DNA from: Nymphaea colorata
Lineage: Eukaryota
Length of the DNA: 64,000 nucleotides
Direction of reading: 5' to 3'
Assembly (NCBI RefSeq): GCF_008831285.2
Contig: NC_045138.2
Coordinates: 8,060,001-8,124,000, forward strand
Below, piece after piece: positions 49,718-61,540 of this stretch; the stretch's first letter is position 1, and every line of letters starts with the position of its first letter. The position numbers were made by a program, and so were the translations under genes. The notes below the pieces were generated by a model, which worked only from the letters and a program-made list of their open reading frames with translations, did no database searches and was not told the DNA's origin.

Positions 49718-50940
49718 AGGCTGATCGAGATTGATCGGGTACAAATCCCCGACCCAATCAATCATTTCACCTCAAGAAATTTTACAATTGAGTATAACTA
49801 CGATTCGAAATTTTTAGAAGTATTGTCAGAAAATGAACAACAATTTCTCTGAAAATGAATTTCCTTAATGAAATTCAAACAGCCTTTTCAAAAATAATTT
49901 TTAAATTCCAAAAATGAGTTCACAATTTGACTGTGAACTAGCTAGCACCAGGGACACTGGTTTGCAATGTATTAAGAATTCCAACGAGATTGAAGGATCA
50001 TTGTTCAGGAATTGATATTGATCATGACAAGCAAATAGATCATGACAAGCAAATAGATCATGAAGGTCTAGCATAAGAAGCCATGGAAGAAAAGTGGAGC
50101 TGGAAAGACCTTGGTAAGATAAGGAAAAAGCTATCAAACAAAATAAGTTGAGCGGTGAACTTGAGGTGACTGTAGGTGTTCCTCTAGTTCAAAGCTTTGC
50201 AATCGCCGGTAGGCACACGAACTATGCTTGCACTATAAAACTAAAAAAACAATTCATTAACATTTTGCTATTGTCAGGCCTTTTAAAGCCTTCTAGATTA
50301 GAGCAAGTAAGTCCAAGTGGTGTTTTACACTTGTTACCCTAAGACCAACTGGTTTGAGAACTTTTGATCCAAAATTCTCTACAAGGGTCCAATATGAAGC
50401 CCGATAGGCATGACATTGCATAAAACAAACTACACAAAACCATCAAAGGATGTAACTCTATAGTAGCTTTTGGGGTGGTGAGGTATTTTTCTCAATAGCA
50501 AAATTATAAATTTCATGAAATATTTTGGACAAGTAGAAGAAAAAAAAAGGCAGAGTCAAGAGCCACCAAGCTTGGCCGTTCTCTTCAAACCTATCTTCCA
50601 AGAAACCAAAATAACACTAGGTCCTATTGTCCTCGAAGCAGCAAGCTGTTCTAGTCTCAATGCTGATCTCAATTTGGCAAATCCTGTAAAATTAGGCTAG
50701 ATTATGTAAATCTAAGGAAACAGTAATGAATGGTGTATTTCTCTTTGGCTTCCTGTTTGGAAATCATTAAGGCTGACTAAGGTCAGCCTAATCCAGGCTG
50801 ACCATCTCCTAGAAAACGCAGAAGAGAGCAGCCTAAAACCAGGCGTGGCCGCTTCCTTTGTTCTTTAAGTAAGCCAAAAGAAAAACAAGTTGTAAAAAGT
50901 TTGAAACTGGTTGGTTGAAGAGAAGGTGCAGCCAGCATGC

Positions 50941-53900
50941 TGTTCGCACCCCACTCCCTTTTCAAGAAGGTCGAAATGCGAGTTAGCAAAATTCTTTTAA
51001 AATTGAGGTTTTGAGAAAATTTTCAAGAGAAAGGGATCCGCTCGTCGGTACGAGGTCCAACCGTTCCTGCCGCCTTTAACAGGGGTAATTAGACCAAGGA
51101 CTAAGGATCATTTGGATCATATACGAGTTATTGATGTAAGTCTTATATGCTTATGCATTGAGGTTTTGGATTCAAGAACCGAAATTCATTTTTTTGAATA
51201 AATGAATTTGAATATTGGGGGTTTTCAAGTTGGTTTAAAAACATTTGTTTTGGTGTTATTTGAAACACATAATTCTTGAGGATTTTTGAAGATTTGGAAT
51301 TGAGTTCTTTGTTGTGAACTCTAGATGATGATGATCATCTTATGATAAAAATTGATTTTGAACTCTTCTTTTGTCAAATCATGTGATTTGTAGAATTCAT
51401 TCTTTTGAAAGAACATAGGTTCCAAATTGTTAGAAAACATGTTGTTTTTCAAATGCACTTTGGCCAAAAAATTATGAATGCATTGCTTGTGTTTTCTTTT
51501 GAAGTTAAGTGAAGTTTACAAATTCTCATTGCAATATGACTTGGTCACTTTTTGCAACTTAAATTTGAATCACTTAATTTCTTGAGAATGTGCATGTGGT
51601 GCCATTGATTTTGAGTGAAAGTGAATGCATGAAACGAGAATGGAAACTATATGGAACATTCATTCTTCTCTCTCTCATAATCCATCAAGATTCATTCATA
51701 TGAAACATACATTCTTCACTCCCTCATAATCTCTCAAAGTCCGTATTGCACGTCATACAATCTATACATGAAGATTGATTAAAATGTAGGACTTTCTCTA
51801 TATGTGCTCATTATATGATTAAGCACATGAATTAGAGATGTAGTCCATAAGCTTGAGGCTTGACATAAAATTATCAAAATGATGAAAATATATAAATGAT
51901 GTCAAGTTCAATCTTTGAAACGGATGGGAGACATGGATGACGTCCACTTTTGTCTCAAAATAGCTAAAAATCAGACCTTGTGTTGATTTAAATAGCTGAA
52001 AATTGTGGACATTGATTCCAATAAGGACTTGTTTCTTATATAGAAACAATGAGGTTTTCAAATCTATTCAAATTCCAGATTTCGTAGTAATGAAATCATC
52101 AACTCCTTTGGATGATTCTAGGATGGTTGGTATTTCAAATACGTAAATTTTGATATTCTTAAACCAATTCCTATAAAACATGGTCTGATTTCAACAACAT
52201 ACATACATCTTACGTATGGGTTTGCTGAAATTAAGTAAAAATGAAATGAAAGTAATTTATAATCTTGCACTAGAAAAATCAATAAAAATGGCCCATTTCC
52301 TTAAAGACCGGTTTGGAAACATGTTCCAACCTAATTTTAAGGGAGGAATGTAATTTTTGACAAGAAATCGGATGCATATATGTACATATATAACAATGTA
52401 TACATATACGTACCTTACTTTTCAAAATGAAATTTTATCAAGGGACCGCATGACTCATGAATCATGATGATTCATGGCTGGGTTCTTTTATGTAGGAAGA
52501 TTGAGAACTTGTTTCAAATCTTCCCTACTACCCTTGATTAATTAAATTGAAAGACATGAATCAAAATGACTGTGAATAAGAAAGAAAATAAAACAATACT
52601 CAAGCTTATTCGTCCATCATTTCGCCATGCAAGGGTGGATCACATTCATAAAAACGTATACATCCCTTATAGGCATTTTCATCATACGTGATGTAGCAAA
52701 ATCACTCTCTCACCGTGGGATTCTCTCATGGTAGGGAGTTCAAAATGGTATTAAGTTGGTTCCTTTGAAAGGAACGTGGCCTTGGGGCCCATTTCGAAAT
52801 TTGATACTTGGGTTCATATTTAAGAAAAACCGACATATGCATGCATTATGCATTAACATGTACATTGAAGCGTAGGTTTCCCTTAGCTGGACATCATTCC
52901 CAGCCGTAAGCAAATGAAAATAAACCCTGCCACGAATTGTTGGAATTAAAATAAATCAACAATAAGCTAAAGTAGAAGAGAAGTGAGTTAAGATCACCTA
53001 CCTTGCGGTCGGTCTTGATGTTTGTCCTTCGTCTTCACTTGTTTTCTAACCCAAGCAATCCTAAGCAAGAATCCAACCGTGGATTCAAGCTTAGCAAAGC
53101 TAGAATAAGAAATAGCTTGCTTGCTGGAATTTGGAGTGGTAAAGAGGGCTTCTCACCACGAAAATCCTAAGTAAGGGTTCACTTAAGCACCCTAACTTAG
53201 CAAAATCAATGGGGAGAATAGAAGAAAGTGAAGAAGAGAATGGGAGAAAAAGGGGAAGGGGGCTTGGACGAACCTCTTCTCTCTTCCTTGGCTTCTCCCT
53301 CCTAGCTCCTTGGCTGCAGCAATTTGATAGAATGCTCCAAAATTTCGTCCCCCCCCTTAGTGGCCAAGGGGAGGTTTATATAGAGGAGGAGGTGGGTTCA
53401 ACCACCTTCTTAACTCACCTTGGGAACTTACTTAAGACCTTGGGGACTTGTAAAATGAGTTAAATAGACTTTAAAGGCTCTAATTGACCATTTCTCAGCC
53501 CATTTCCACGAGCTAGGTGGGCTGGGCTAGGTTTGGTCAACTTGGGTTCAGACCTAGGTGACCATTTTGACCAAAATTTTGGACGAAAATGCCCTTGCAC
53601 AGGGTTTTGCCCTTATTTTGTACTATTTATTTATTTTTTGTTTGAAATTGAGCTTATAAGGTTAAAACCTAGTTACTAAGCTCCAAATGCCATTGAATTA
53701 TGATAATTAAATTTAAATTTTAATAAAATTTAAAAATTTTATCAAATTTGGTTCGAAAAGGGTATTTTCGTCCAAAACTTGATTGAAAATGGATTTCAAC
53801 TGAATCAAACTTTCACTTGAGAAATTCAATTTAAATTTGGTATTTGATTCATGCATTTGACAAATTCAAATGTTTATTTGCCTTTCATAAACCATTTTAG

Positions 53901-54762
53901 ACTTTTTAATCTTAAGTTGACCGTAGAAGGGCAAAATTATCCAAATTGATCAATTTCGACCAATTGACCAAAGTCAAAGCTCATTTGCAAGTAGTTTGAC
54001 TTTATTTGAGGTAATTTGATAAATTTGGGTCAAGAAAGCTCTTAATTGAGCTAAATTGTACTTTGACTGAGTTTAGTCAAAGTGGGTTTGGTTCGGTCAA
54101 AGTCTATTTTCGTCCATTAATTGGATCATGAGACAGACTTACGTTTTGACTTTGTTGAGCCCATGGTGACCGAACCTAGCTGGAATTGGCACAACATTTG
54201 AGTGCACCCGGGTCAAACCTACTTGGATTAAGTAGGTTAGGTGAGTTTGACCAGTCTAGTAATTGCTTCCTTGAAAATGATTTTTTTCTTTAAGGAAGAC
54301 CTGGTTAAAGAAGAGAGAGAGACATAAATGTCTCTCTTTTCCTAGGTTTCTCCTTTATTTCTTCTTGAAAATGACTTTTCTTCAATTAATTTGAGAGAAA
54401 ATATTTATTTATTATTTTTTTTGACATGGAGGGGGCTTAGCCCCTGGGGGGCTCTTGACCACACGAGCTAGGTGGGGCCCACACGTGGGTCCCACGTAGC
54501 ATTTTAGACTGAATTAGATCCAATTCTTGGATCTAAGTCAAAATTTGCATTTTGCAATTGGATTTGGATTTCAAATGACATTTACAATTGAATTTAGACT
54601 CGTAATCCTGCATTGGGATTCGTGTATCGGGTTAAATTCACGATTTGAATCTAATTGTTCTTTAGATTCGAAATTGGCTTTGAAATTGCAAATTTTCACA
54701 ATTCTTTTGTGAAATTTTCACATTGCTTCAATTTTGATGTGGAAAAATTTGGGGTGTTAACA
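50941..54762 (-). mobile_element. Solo LTR (3822 bp), gypsy Tat/Ogre-like
   Basis: Termini TGTTCGCACCCC ... GGGGTGTTAACA (inverted 10/12); 5-bp TSD CATGC at 50936-50940 and 54763-54767; minus-strand TATA CTATATAAA (~53380); no coding sequence. Confidence 0.92.
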
Positions 54763-56106
54763 CATGCATGGTTCCTTCCTACTCATGCATAATCAGAAGA
54801 GATTTTCTCCCTTGATCTCACTTGGTCCCAAGGAAAAGGATCAAGTCCCAGCAACAAATCATCAGGACTTAAGTCCCATATAGAGGACCATTAGCAGACC
54901 AGCAGGGAATCTCTGGTGTACTTCAGTTCATGCAGGAGGATCCTCTTGCTTCAGGCACCTTGGATTCTTCCTTCTCAGATGTCTGCAACTCTCTTCAGCC
55001 CAGGCGTCCTCTGCACAGCTATTGGCCCAGCACCCATTCCAGGCGTCCTAGCTGACTTTCAACCCCGGCATCCTCTAACGAGCTTCATTCAAGGCATCCC
55101 TTTCTCAACTCCTGCCTGACATCCTACCCCAAGCCTCATCTCAAACGCCTCCTGTCCAGCTAAGAAGTCCTATGTCCAGGCTCATTCCAGACGTCCCCTG
55201 CTCAGCTCATCTCAAGAGTCCTAGCTGAATTCTATCCATGCGTTCAGCTTCAGCTCAGGTGTCTTAGCTGAGCTTCTCTGTTCCAGACGCATCCAGCCTA
55301 GACACCATCAATCCTTAGCCCAATCACTTCGTGCTGGACTGGAGGATTGCTGCCAGACACCTCCAGTCTCCAGCTTGGGCATCTCGGCTCGATTAGATCA
55401 GGCCTCTTTAGCCCGCCAGCTTGCACCCACTTCGATCCTCCCTTCACGGAGGTCAGCTTCATCATCATAACATTTACTTCAACTTACTATTGGCTGTCCA
55501 GATTTGGCTTGAACTTATAACTATTGTTGAATCCAAATTAGGAAGCTATCCCAGACAACAGCCATTCAAAAGATTGGCTACCAATCAGATTACTCCTCCC
55601 CCAGGGCTTAACTTGTAGCCATCACGATAGTGTTAGCACTGTCTTCTATTAAACTAAAATTGGAGTCCAAACGCCCTGATTCCTAATCTATTAACACCCG
55701 AATCAATTGGGACACCTCTGCCATGACAGCCTAAAACTATTTTTGGTAGTGTGCTGGTCCTAACTAATAATGGCCTGGCCATTTTCCATTTCACTGAACC
55801 CCTTGGTATGACATTCTATACCAACTCATAAACCAGCCCAATGGTCCAGGTTTGTGGCAGTCGGCTGTCCCTCAACGAGCAGCCTAACCATCACAGCCCC
55901 CAAATTAGTGACTCATCACAGCATCTAAGCCTAATGTCTCTTGCTGTCTTTGAGCTAGCGATCCCTTCATTGGCTGCCCCTCAAGCTGCAACTATCTATG
56001 TTCACTTCTTAGCCGCATGACATCCTGCCCTAACTCCTGCAGCCTGGCTGCTCCTAAGCCAAACAAGGCGGATTCTTTGCTGGTCCTTATTGATAGTGGT
56101 TCACTT

Positions 56107-56578
56107 TGTAAAAAGATATCTAAAAGAAGAGTATTTTTCTCACTTGAATAAATTACAACGAGTTGATACAAATATATATACAGAAAAGATCCACAATTCG
56201 TGGAATGAATAAAGGAAAGAAAAACTGCCGTATCTCCCTTTAGGTGATTTCAGCAATTTCAGCATTATCAACATCTTTAATGATTTTCAGCATATTCCTA
56301 AAATCACTTCTTGCTGAGACATTCTTTTTATGTCACCATTCTTAACGTCTCCAGCAATTTCCTTATTTTCCAGCTCGTGCTTATCTTTGTTGTCATCATC
56401 CTTAATGTCTTGAGCAATCTCGTTCTTAAATTCTCATCTTTCTGGGATGTTTTTATCTTTAACGTTTCCAGCTAATTTATTCTTATCAAGAAACGTTATT
56501 GCTGAGGTGCTCTGCCCTTTAACGTTTTTCTCAACGTCTTCAACTGATTTTATGGCTCTCACAGATTTACTCTTATCA
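56107..56578 (-). repeat. Copia 3' LTR (472 bp)
   Basis: About 22 substitutions and 2 small indels versus the 5' LTR by manual count (~95% identity). Confidence 0.97.
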
Positions 56579-59500
56579 TGCCCCCTCAAACTGGGTGGTG
56601 GGTGAACAATGCCCAGTTTGCATCTGAGATATTCAGTGGCAGATCGAAATAATGCTTTTGTAAAGATATGAGCAACTTGCTGAGAGGAAGGAACATATTG
56701 AGTAATTAAGGTCCCTAACACCACCTTCTCTCGTAAGAAATGATAATCGATGGCAATATGTTTCATTCTGGAGTGAAACACTGGCTTAATGCTAACTTGT
56801 AAGGCAGACATATTGTCAAAGTATAGCTGTGGAGGATCCGTTATACGGATGCCAATATCTTTGAGGATGAAGGAAAGCCATGTTAACTCAACTGCTACAG
56901 ATGCCATCGATCTATATTCTACTTCAGTTGCAGATCGAGTGACCGTTGGTTGCTTTTTAGCTGTCCACGAAATAGCATTCGTGTCGATGAATGTGCAAAA
57001 GCCAGTTGTGGATCATCGTGTCTCTTGATGCCCAGCCCAATCTGAATCAGAGTAAGCATGGAATCGAAAAACTGACTGGGGTGAAAGTAGACAACCAAGT
57101 TCTATGGTCCCATGAATATATCGAAGAATTCTTTTGACAAGCATAAACTGACTAACGAAATTCACACTATACGTGACATCAGGACATGTGAACGTGAGAT
57201 ACTGAAGGCCACCAACTAGGCTGCGATAGAGTGTAGGGTTAACAAATGGTGGATCTTCAGGAGGTGCCCAAAAATTCTGAACTAGAGGAGTAACAGCTGG
57301 TTTACAAGTTGTTAGTGCAGCATGTTCCAAGAGACTGTATGCATCTCTTTTGATTGAGAAAGAGACCTTGAGATGTTTGGAGAGCCTCAATACCAAGGAA
57401 GTGATGTAAACTTCTTAAGTCATTCATCAAAAACTCATGGTTAAGTTCAGTAATAAATTCTTGAATGAAATGAGTATTGTTGCCGGTCAAGATTATGTCA
57501 TCAACATATAATAACAAAATGATGGTTCCCTTGCTATGATGGCAGATATATAGAGACGAATCTAAGATGCTGCTAAAAAAACCTTTGGAAAGTAGAAAGA
57601 ATCTGAATTTATCATACCATGCCCTTGGAGATTGCCAAAGTTCATAGAGAGCTTTGTGTAGTCAGCATACATGATCTGGTTTGGTGGGGTCTTCAAAACC
57701 TTGTAGCTGTTCGACATAAACAGTCTCTTGTAACTCACCATGTAGAAATGCATTTTTGACATCGAGTTGCCTAATATCCCAATTTCGAGATAAAGCGATA
57801 GTCAACACAATGCGAATGGTGGCTGGTTTGATGACTGGTGAGAAAGTTTCCATAGAAAGAATCTGAATTTATCATACCATGCCCTTGGAGATTGCCAAAG
57901 TTCATAGAGAGCTTTGTGTAGTCAGCATACATGATCTGGTTTGGTGGGGTCTTCAAAACCTTGTGGCTGTTCGACATAAACAGTCTCTTGTAACTCACCA
58001 TGTAGAAATACATTTTTGACATCGAGTTGCCTAATATCCCAATTTCGAGATAAAGCGATAGTCAACACAATGCGAATGGTGGCTGGTTTGATGACTGGTG
58101 AGAAAGTTTCCATAAAGTCAATCCCTGGAATTTGGTTGAACCCATGAGCCACTAGATGATCTTTTAGTTGATCTAACGTTCCATCGCTTTTCAGCTTGGT
58201 CTTGAACACCCATCTGGTGGAGATGACATTCATATATGCAGTTTGGGGTGTTAGAGTCCATGTTTTGCACAAATTCAATGCTTCTATTTCTTCCTCCATG
58301 GCTTTTACCCATCCTGAATGTTTGAATGCCTCTTTGACTGTTTTAGGTTCCAAAGGAACTGGGAGAGCAAGGAAGTACTTTGGATTTGGCTTGATTATGC
58401 CATCCTTTGCCCTAGTGATCATGGAATGTGAGTTGATAGGAGTTGGTAACTACACATCGGATTGAGAATGAGGCATGAAATCCATGAGAGATGGCTCGAT
58501 GACCTGTTGAGAGCTGCTAGCATCTGTAAAATGAGAAGTGTTAGTGTCTGTAGCAAATGAGGAATTGCTGCTTGAAGAGGAGTCACGGTTGTCGTTGTGG
58601 CAACGGGTTCTAATGGAGCCATTATCAATTTCATCAATACAGCCAGACTTAGAAATTTCCTCAACTGACTGGTTATCGCCAATCCACTCGTTGTAGGTGT
58701 CGCCTTATTGAGAATAAGGCATTGCTGTAAATAAATTACCAGGTTGTTGAAAAGGAAATGTATTTTCATCAAAAACTACATTTCTGGATATAAAAATCTG
58801 ACTTGTTGGTGGATATAAACATTTATATTCTTTATGCGTTGAGTTATACCCTATAAAAACATAGGTTAAAGATCTAGGCTCCAACTTATTCTTGGAATAA
58901 TCTCGAAGGTATGGAAAACATCAGCTTCCAAAAACTCTCATGCAGCCATAATCTGGGTTCTTCTTGAATACAAGCTGAAATGGACTTTTCATTTTAAGCA
59001 TAGGTGTGGGCAGCCGATTGATTAACTATACCGTTGTAGAGAATGCTTCAACCCAAAATTTCACTGGCTTGCTGGCATGAAACATCATAGCAAGTTCGAG
59101 TTCAACTATAGTTTGATGTCTGCGTTTGACCATGCCATTCTAAGGAGGAGTTTTAGGACACACTTTTAAGTGTTGGATTCCATATTCTCACAAGTATGAA
59201 GCAAGCATATTACTATTAAATTCGCCGCCTTCATCGGTTTGAAGAATTTTGACTCTCTTCCCAAATTGATTTTCCACAAACTTGTGAAAAATTTTAAAAA
59301 TATCACAAAATTTGGACTTGAAGTGCATTGGATAAAACCAAATAAAATGAGTGGATTCATCAACGAATACAGCATAATACTTATATTGTTGAGATCCGAT
59401 GATTGGGGAAAGTCCTCATAGATCACAATGCACATGACCAAGGAATTCATCACAATGAATTCATCACAATGTTCTTTAATAGAAAGATATGGAAGATAAC

Positions 59501-61037
59501 ATGACTTAGCTAATTGACAACTGGAACATAAAATTCTGCTTCGAGATGGGCCAAGAATTCTAATGGCCTTTTTATTGACCAAAAACTCTACTACCTGCTG
59601 GTTGATGTGACCAAGGCAATGATGCCAAACTTCCTTATTTGCTCCACGAAATCTAACTAAGAAAAAAGCCTTGTGATCTCCTTAATTTTTTGACGTTGCT
59701 CTTACATTCTCCAGCATATAAAGTCCATCATGTTCGGTTCCAGATGCCACAATCTGTTGATTCCTCTTGTCCTTTACAAGAAAACCATTAGCAGAAAATT
59801 TAAAAATATATGACACGTCTGCTGTTAGTTGACTCACTGAAATTAAATTCTTTTTAATTTCTGGAACCGCTAAAACATTCTTGAGCCAAATAGAATTATG
59901 CCCATAGTTAATAATGGTATTGCTCACATGCATAATGTCAAGTTTCTGACCATTGCCTACCATTATTTTTTCTGATCCATAATATTTAGTGGAGACATTG
60001 AGATTACCTGCTTCAGATGGAACGTGGGCAGATGCTCCAGTATCTGGGAACCATTGTTGGTCCTGACCATCTGCTATCTTCATTGCAGCTAGTGCTTGAG
60101 GTACTTGTTTGGGCTGGAACATTTGATTAAAACGATGCCAGTAGTTAAGTGCAGAATGGTTTCTCTTTCTACAAATTTGGCACACGACTCCCTTTTGAGA
60201 GGAATCAAATTGATTATGATTCTCTCTTTTGTCGTTGTTAAAAGGAATACCTTGGCTGGCTTGGCGAAACTCTCGTTCCTTAGAATTGAACATCTGATTT
60301 TTATGTCCCCTATACCTTGGATTTTGAACACGCTGGTTCATAAAAGCCACCTGCGTGCCTAAAACATCTCCATACATACTTCTTACCGTCTCATGACTTT
60401 TAAGCAAGGCAATAACTTCCAAGTATGGTGGAGTTGGAGGACACATATAAGTCGTTCTAAAAGACTCATATTCTGGTTTGAGACCAATCAATAACCAAAA
60501 CACTTTAGATTGATCTGCAACTAGTTTTCCAATGATAGCAAGTTCATCACATATAATTTTGAAATTTTTGGTATATTCAGCAATACTTAGATTGCCTTTC
60601 GGATTCATCTGAAGCTTTTGCATAAGGAGCATTTCTCGCTCCTGTGACTCATAAGCAAATCTTCGATTTAAAGTATCACATACATGTTTAGAGGTTTTCA
60701 GGCCAACTACTAGCCCTAATATTTCTTCTGATAGGGTTCCTATGATCCATCCACGCAGCAACCGATCTGATCTTTGTCATGCGCTAAAGTCCAGATTCAC
60801 ACTTTGTTCAACTGCAGCAATATTCCCTGCGTTCTGACTGTTGCTAGGGAGATATCTATCAGCCATGGGCCATCGATAAAACCTGACATATCCTGACTTT
60901 CGATTAATCCTAGCACCTGCGTCTGCCATAAGAGAAAATTGGACTGGGTCAATTTGATGGAAACAAAATTGGCAACGTTCAGGTTGAAAGGATATGGGTA
61001 TTTGAGTGAAGCAGTCTACGAATTTTTGTGAGGCCAT
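56434..61037 (-). pseudogene. Copia gag-pol polyprotein, disrupted
   Basis: KLTQSNFLLW (gag N-terminus), CQICRKRNHSALNY (decayed zinc knuckle), WFPDTGASAH (protease), [64 protein letters not shown]. Multiple stops and frameshifts. Confidence 0.95.
57593..58112. repeat. 260-bp tandem duplication inside the copia RT
   Basis: Units 57593-57852 and 57853-58112 differ at 2 positions by manual comparison. Confidence 0.95.
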
Positions 61038-61060
61038 GGAATCGCAGCACTCTGATACCA

Positions 61061-61535
61061 TGTAAAAAGATATCTAAAAGAGAAGAGTATTTTTCTCACT
61101 TGAATAAATTACAATGAGTTCATACAAATATATATATAGAAAAGATCCACAATTCGTGGAATGAATAAAGGAAAGAAAAACTGCCGTGTCTCCCTTTAGG
61201 TGATTTCAGCAATTTCAGCATTCTCAACATCTTTAATGATTTTCAGCACGTTCCTAAAATCACTTCTTGCTGAGACGTTCTTTTTAATGTCACCATTCTT
61301 AACGTCTCCAGAAATTTCCTTATTTTCCCGCTCGTGCTTATCTTTGTTGTCATCATCCTTAACGTCTTCAGCAATCTCGTTCCTAAATTCTCGTCATGCT
61401 GAGACGTTTTTATCTTTAACGTTTCCAGCTAATTTATTCTTATCAAGAAATGTTATTGCTGAGGTGCTCTGCTCTTTAACGTTTTTCTCAACGTCTTCAG
61501 CTTATTTTATGGCTCTCACAGATTTACTCTTATCA
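61061..61535 (-). repeat. Copia 5' LTR (475 bp)
   Basis: Adjacent to the PBS; matches 56107-56578. Confidence 0.97.
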
Positions 61536-61540
61536 CACTT

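Larger units (their letters stand above)
56107..61535 (-). mobile_element. Complete but inactivated Ty1/copia LTR retrotransposon
   Basis: Two TG...CA LTRs; TSD CACTT (56102-56106, 61536-61540); PBS TGGTATCAGAG (61060-61050, tRNA-iMet); PPT TTGAGGGGGCA next to 56579; gag-PR-IN-RT-RH order. Confidence 0.97.
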
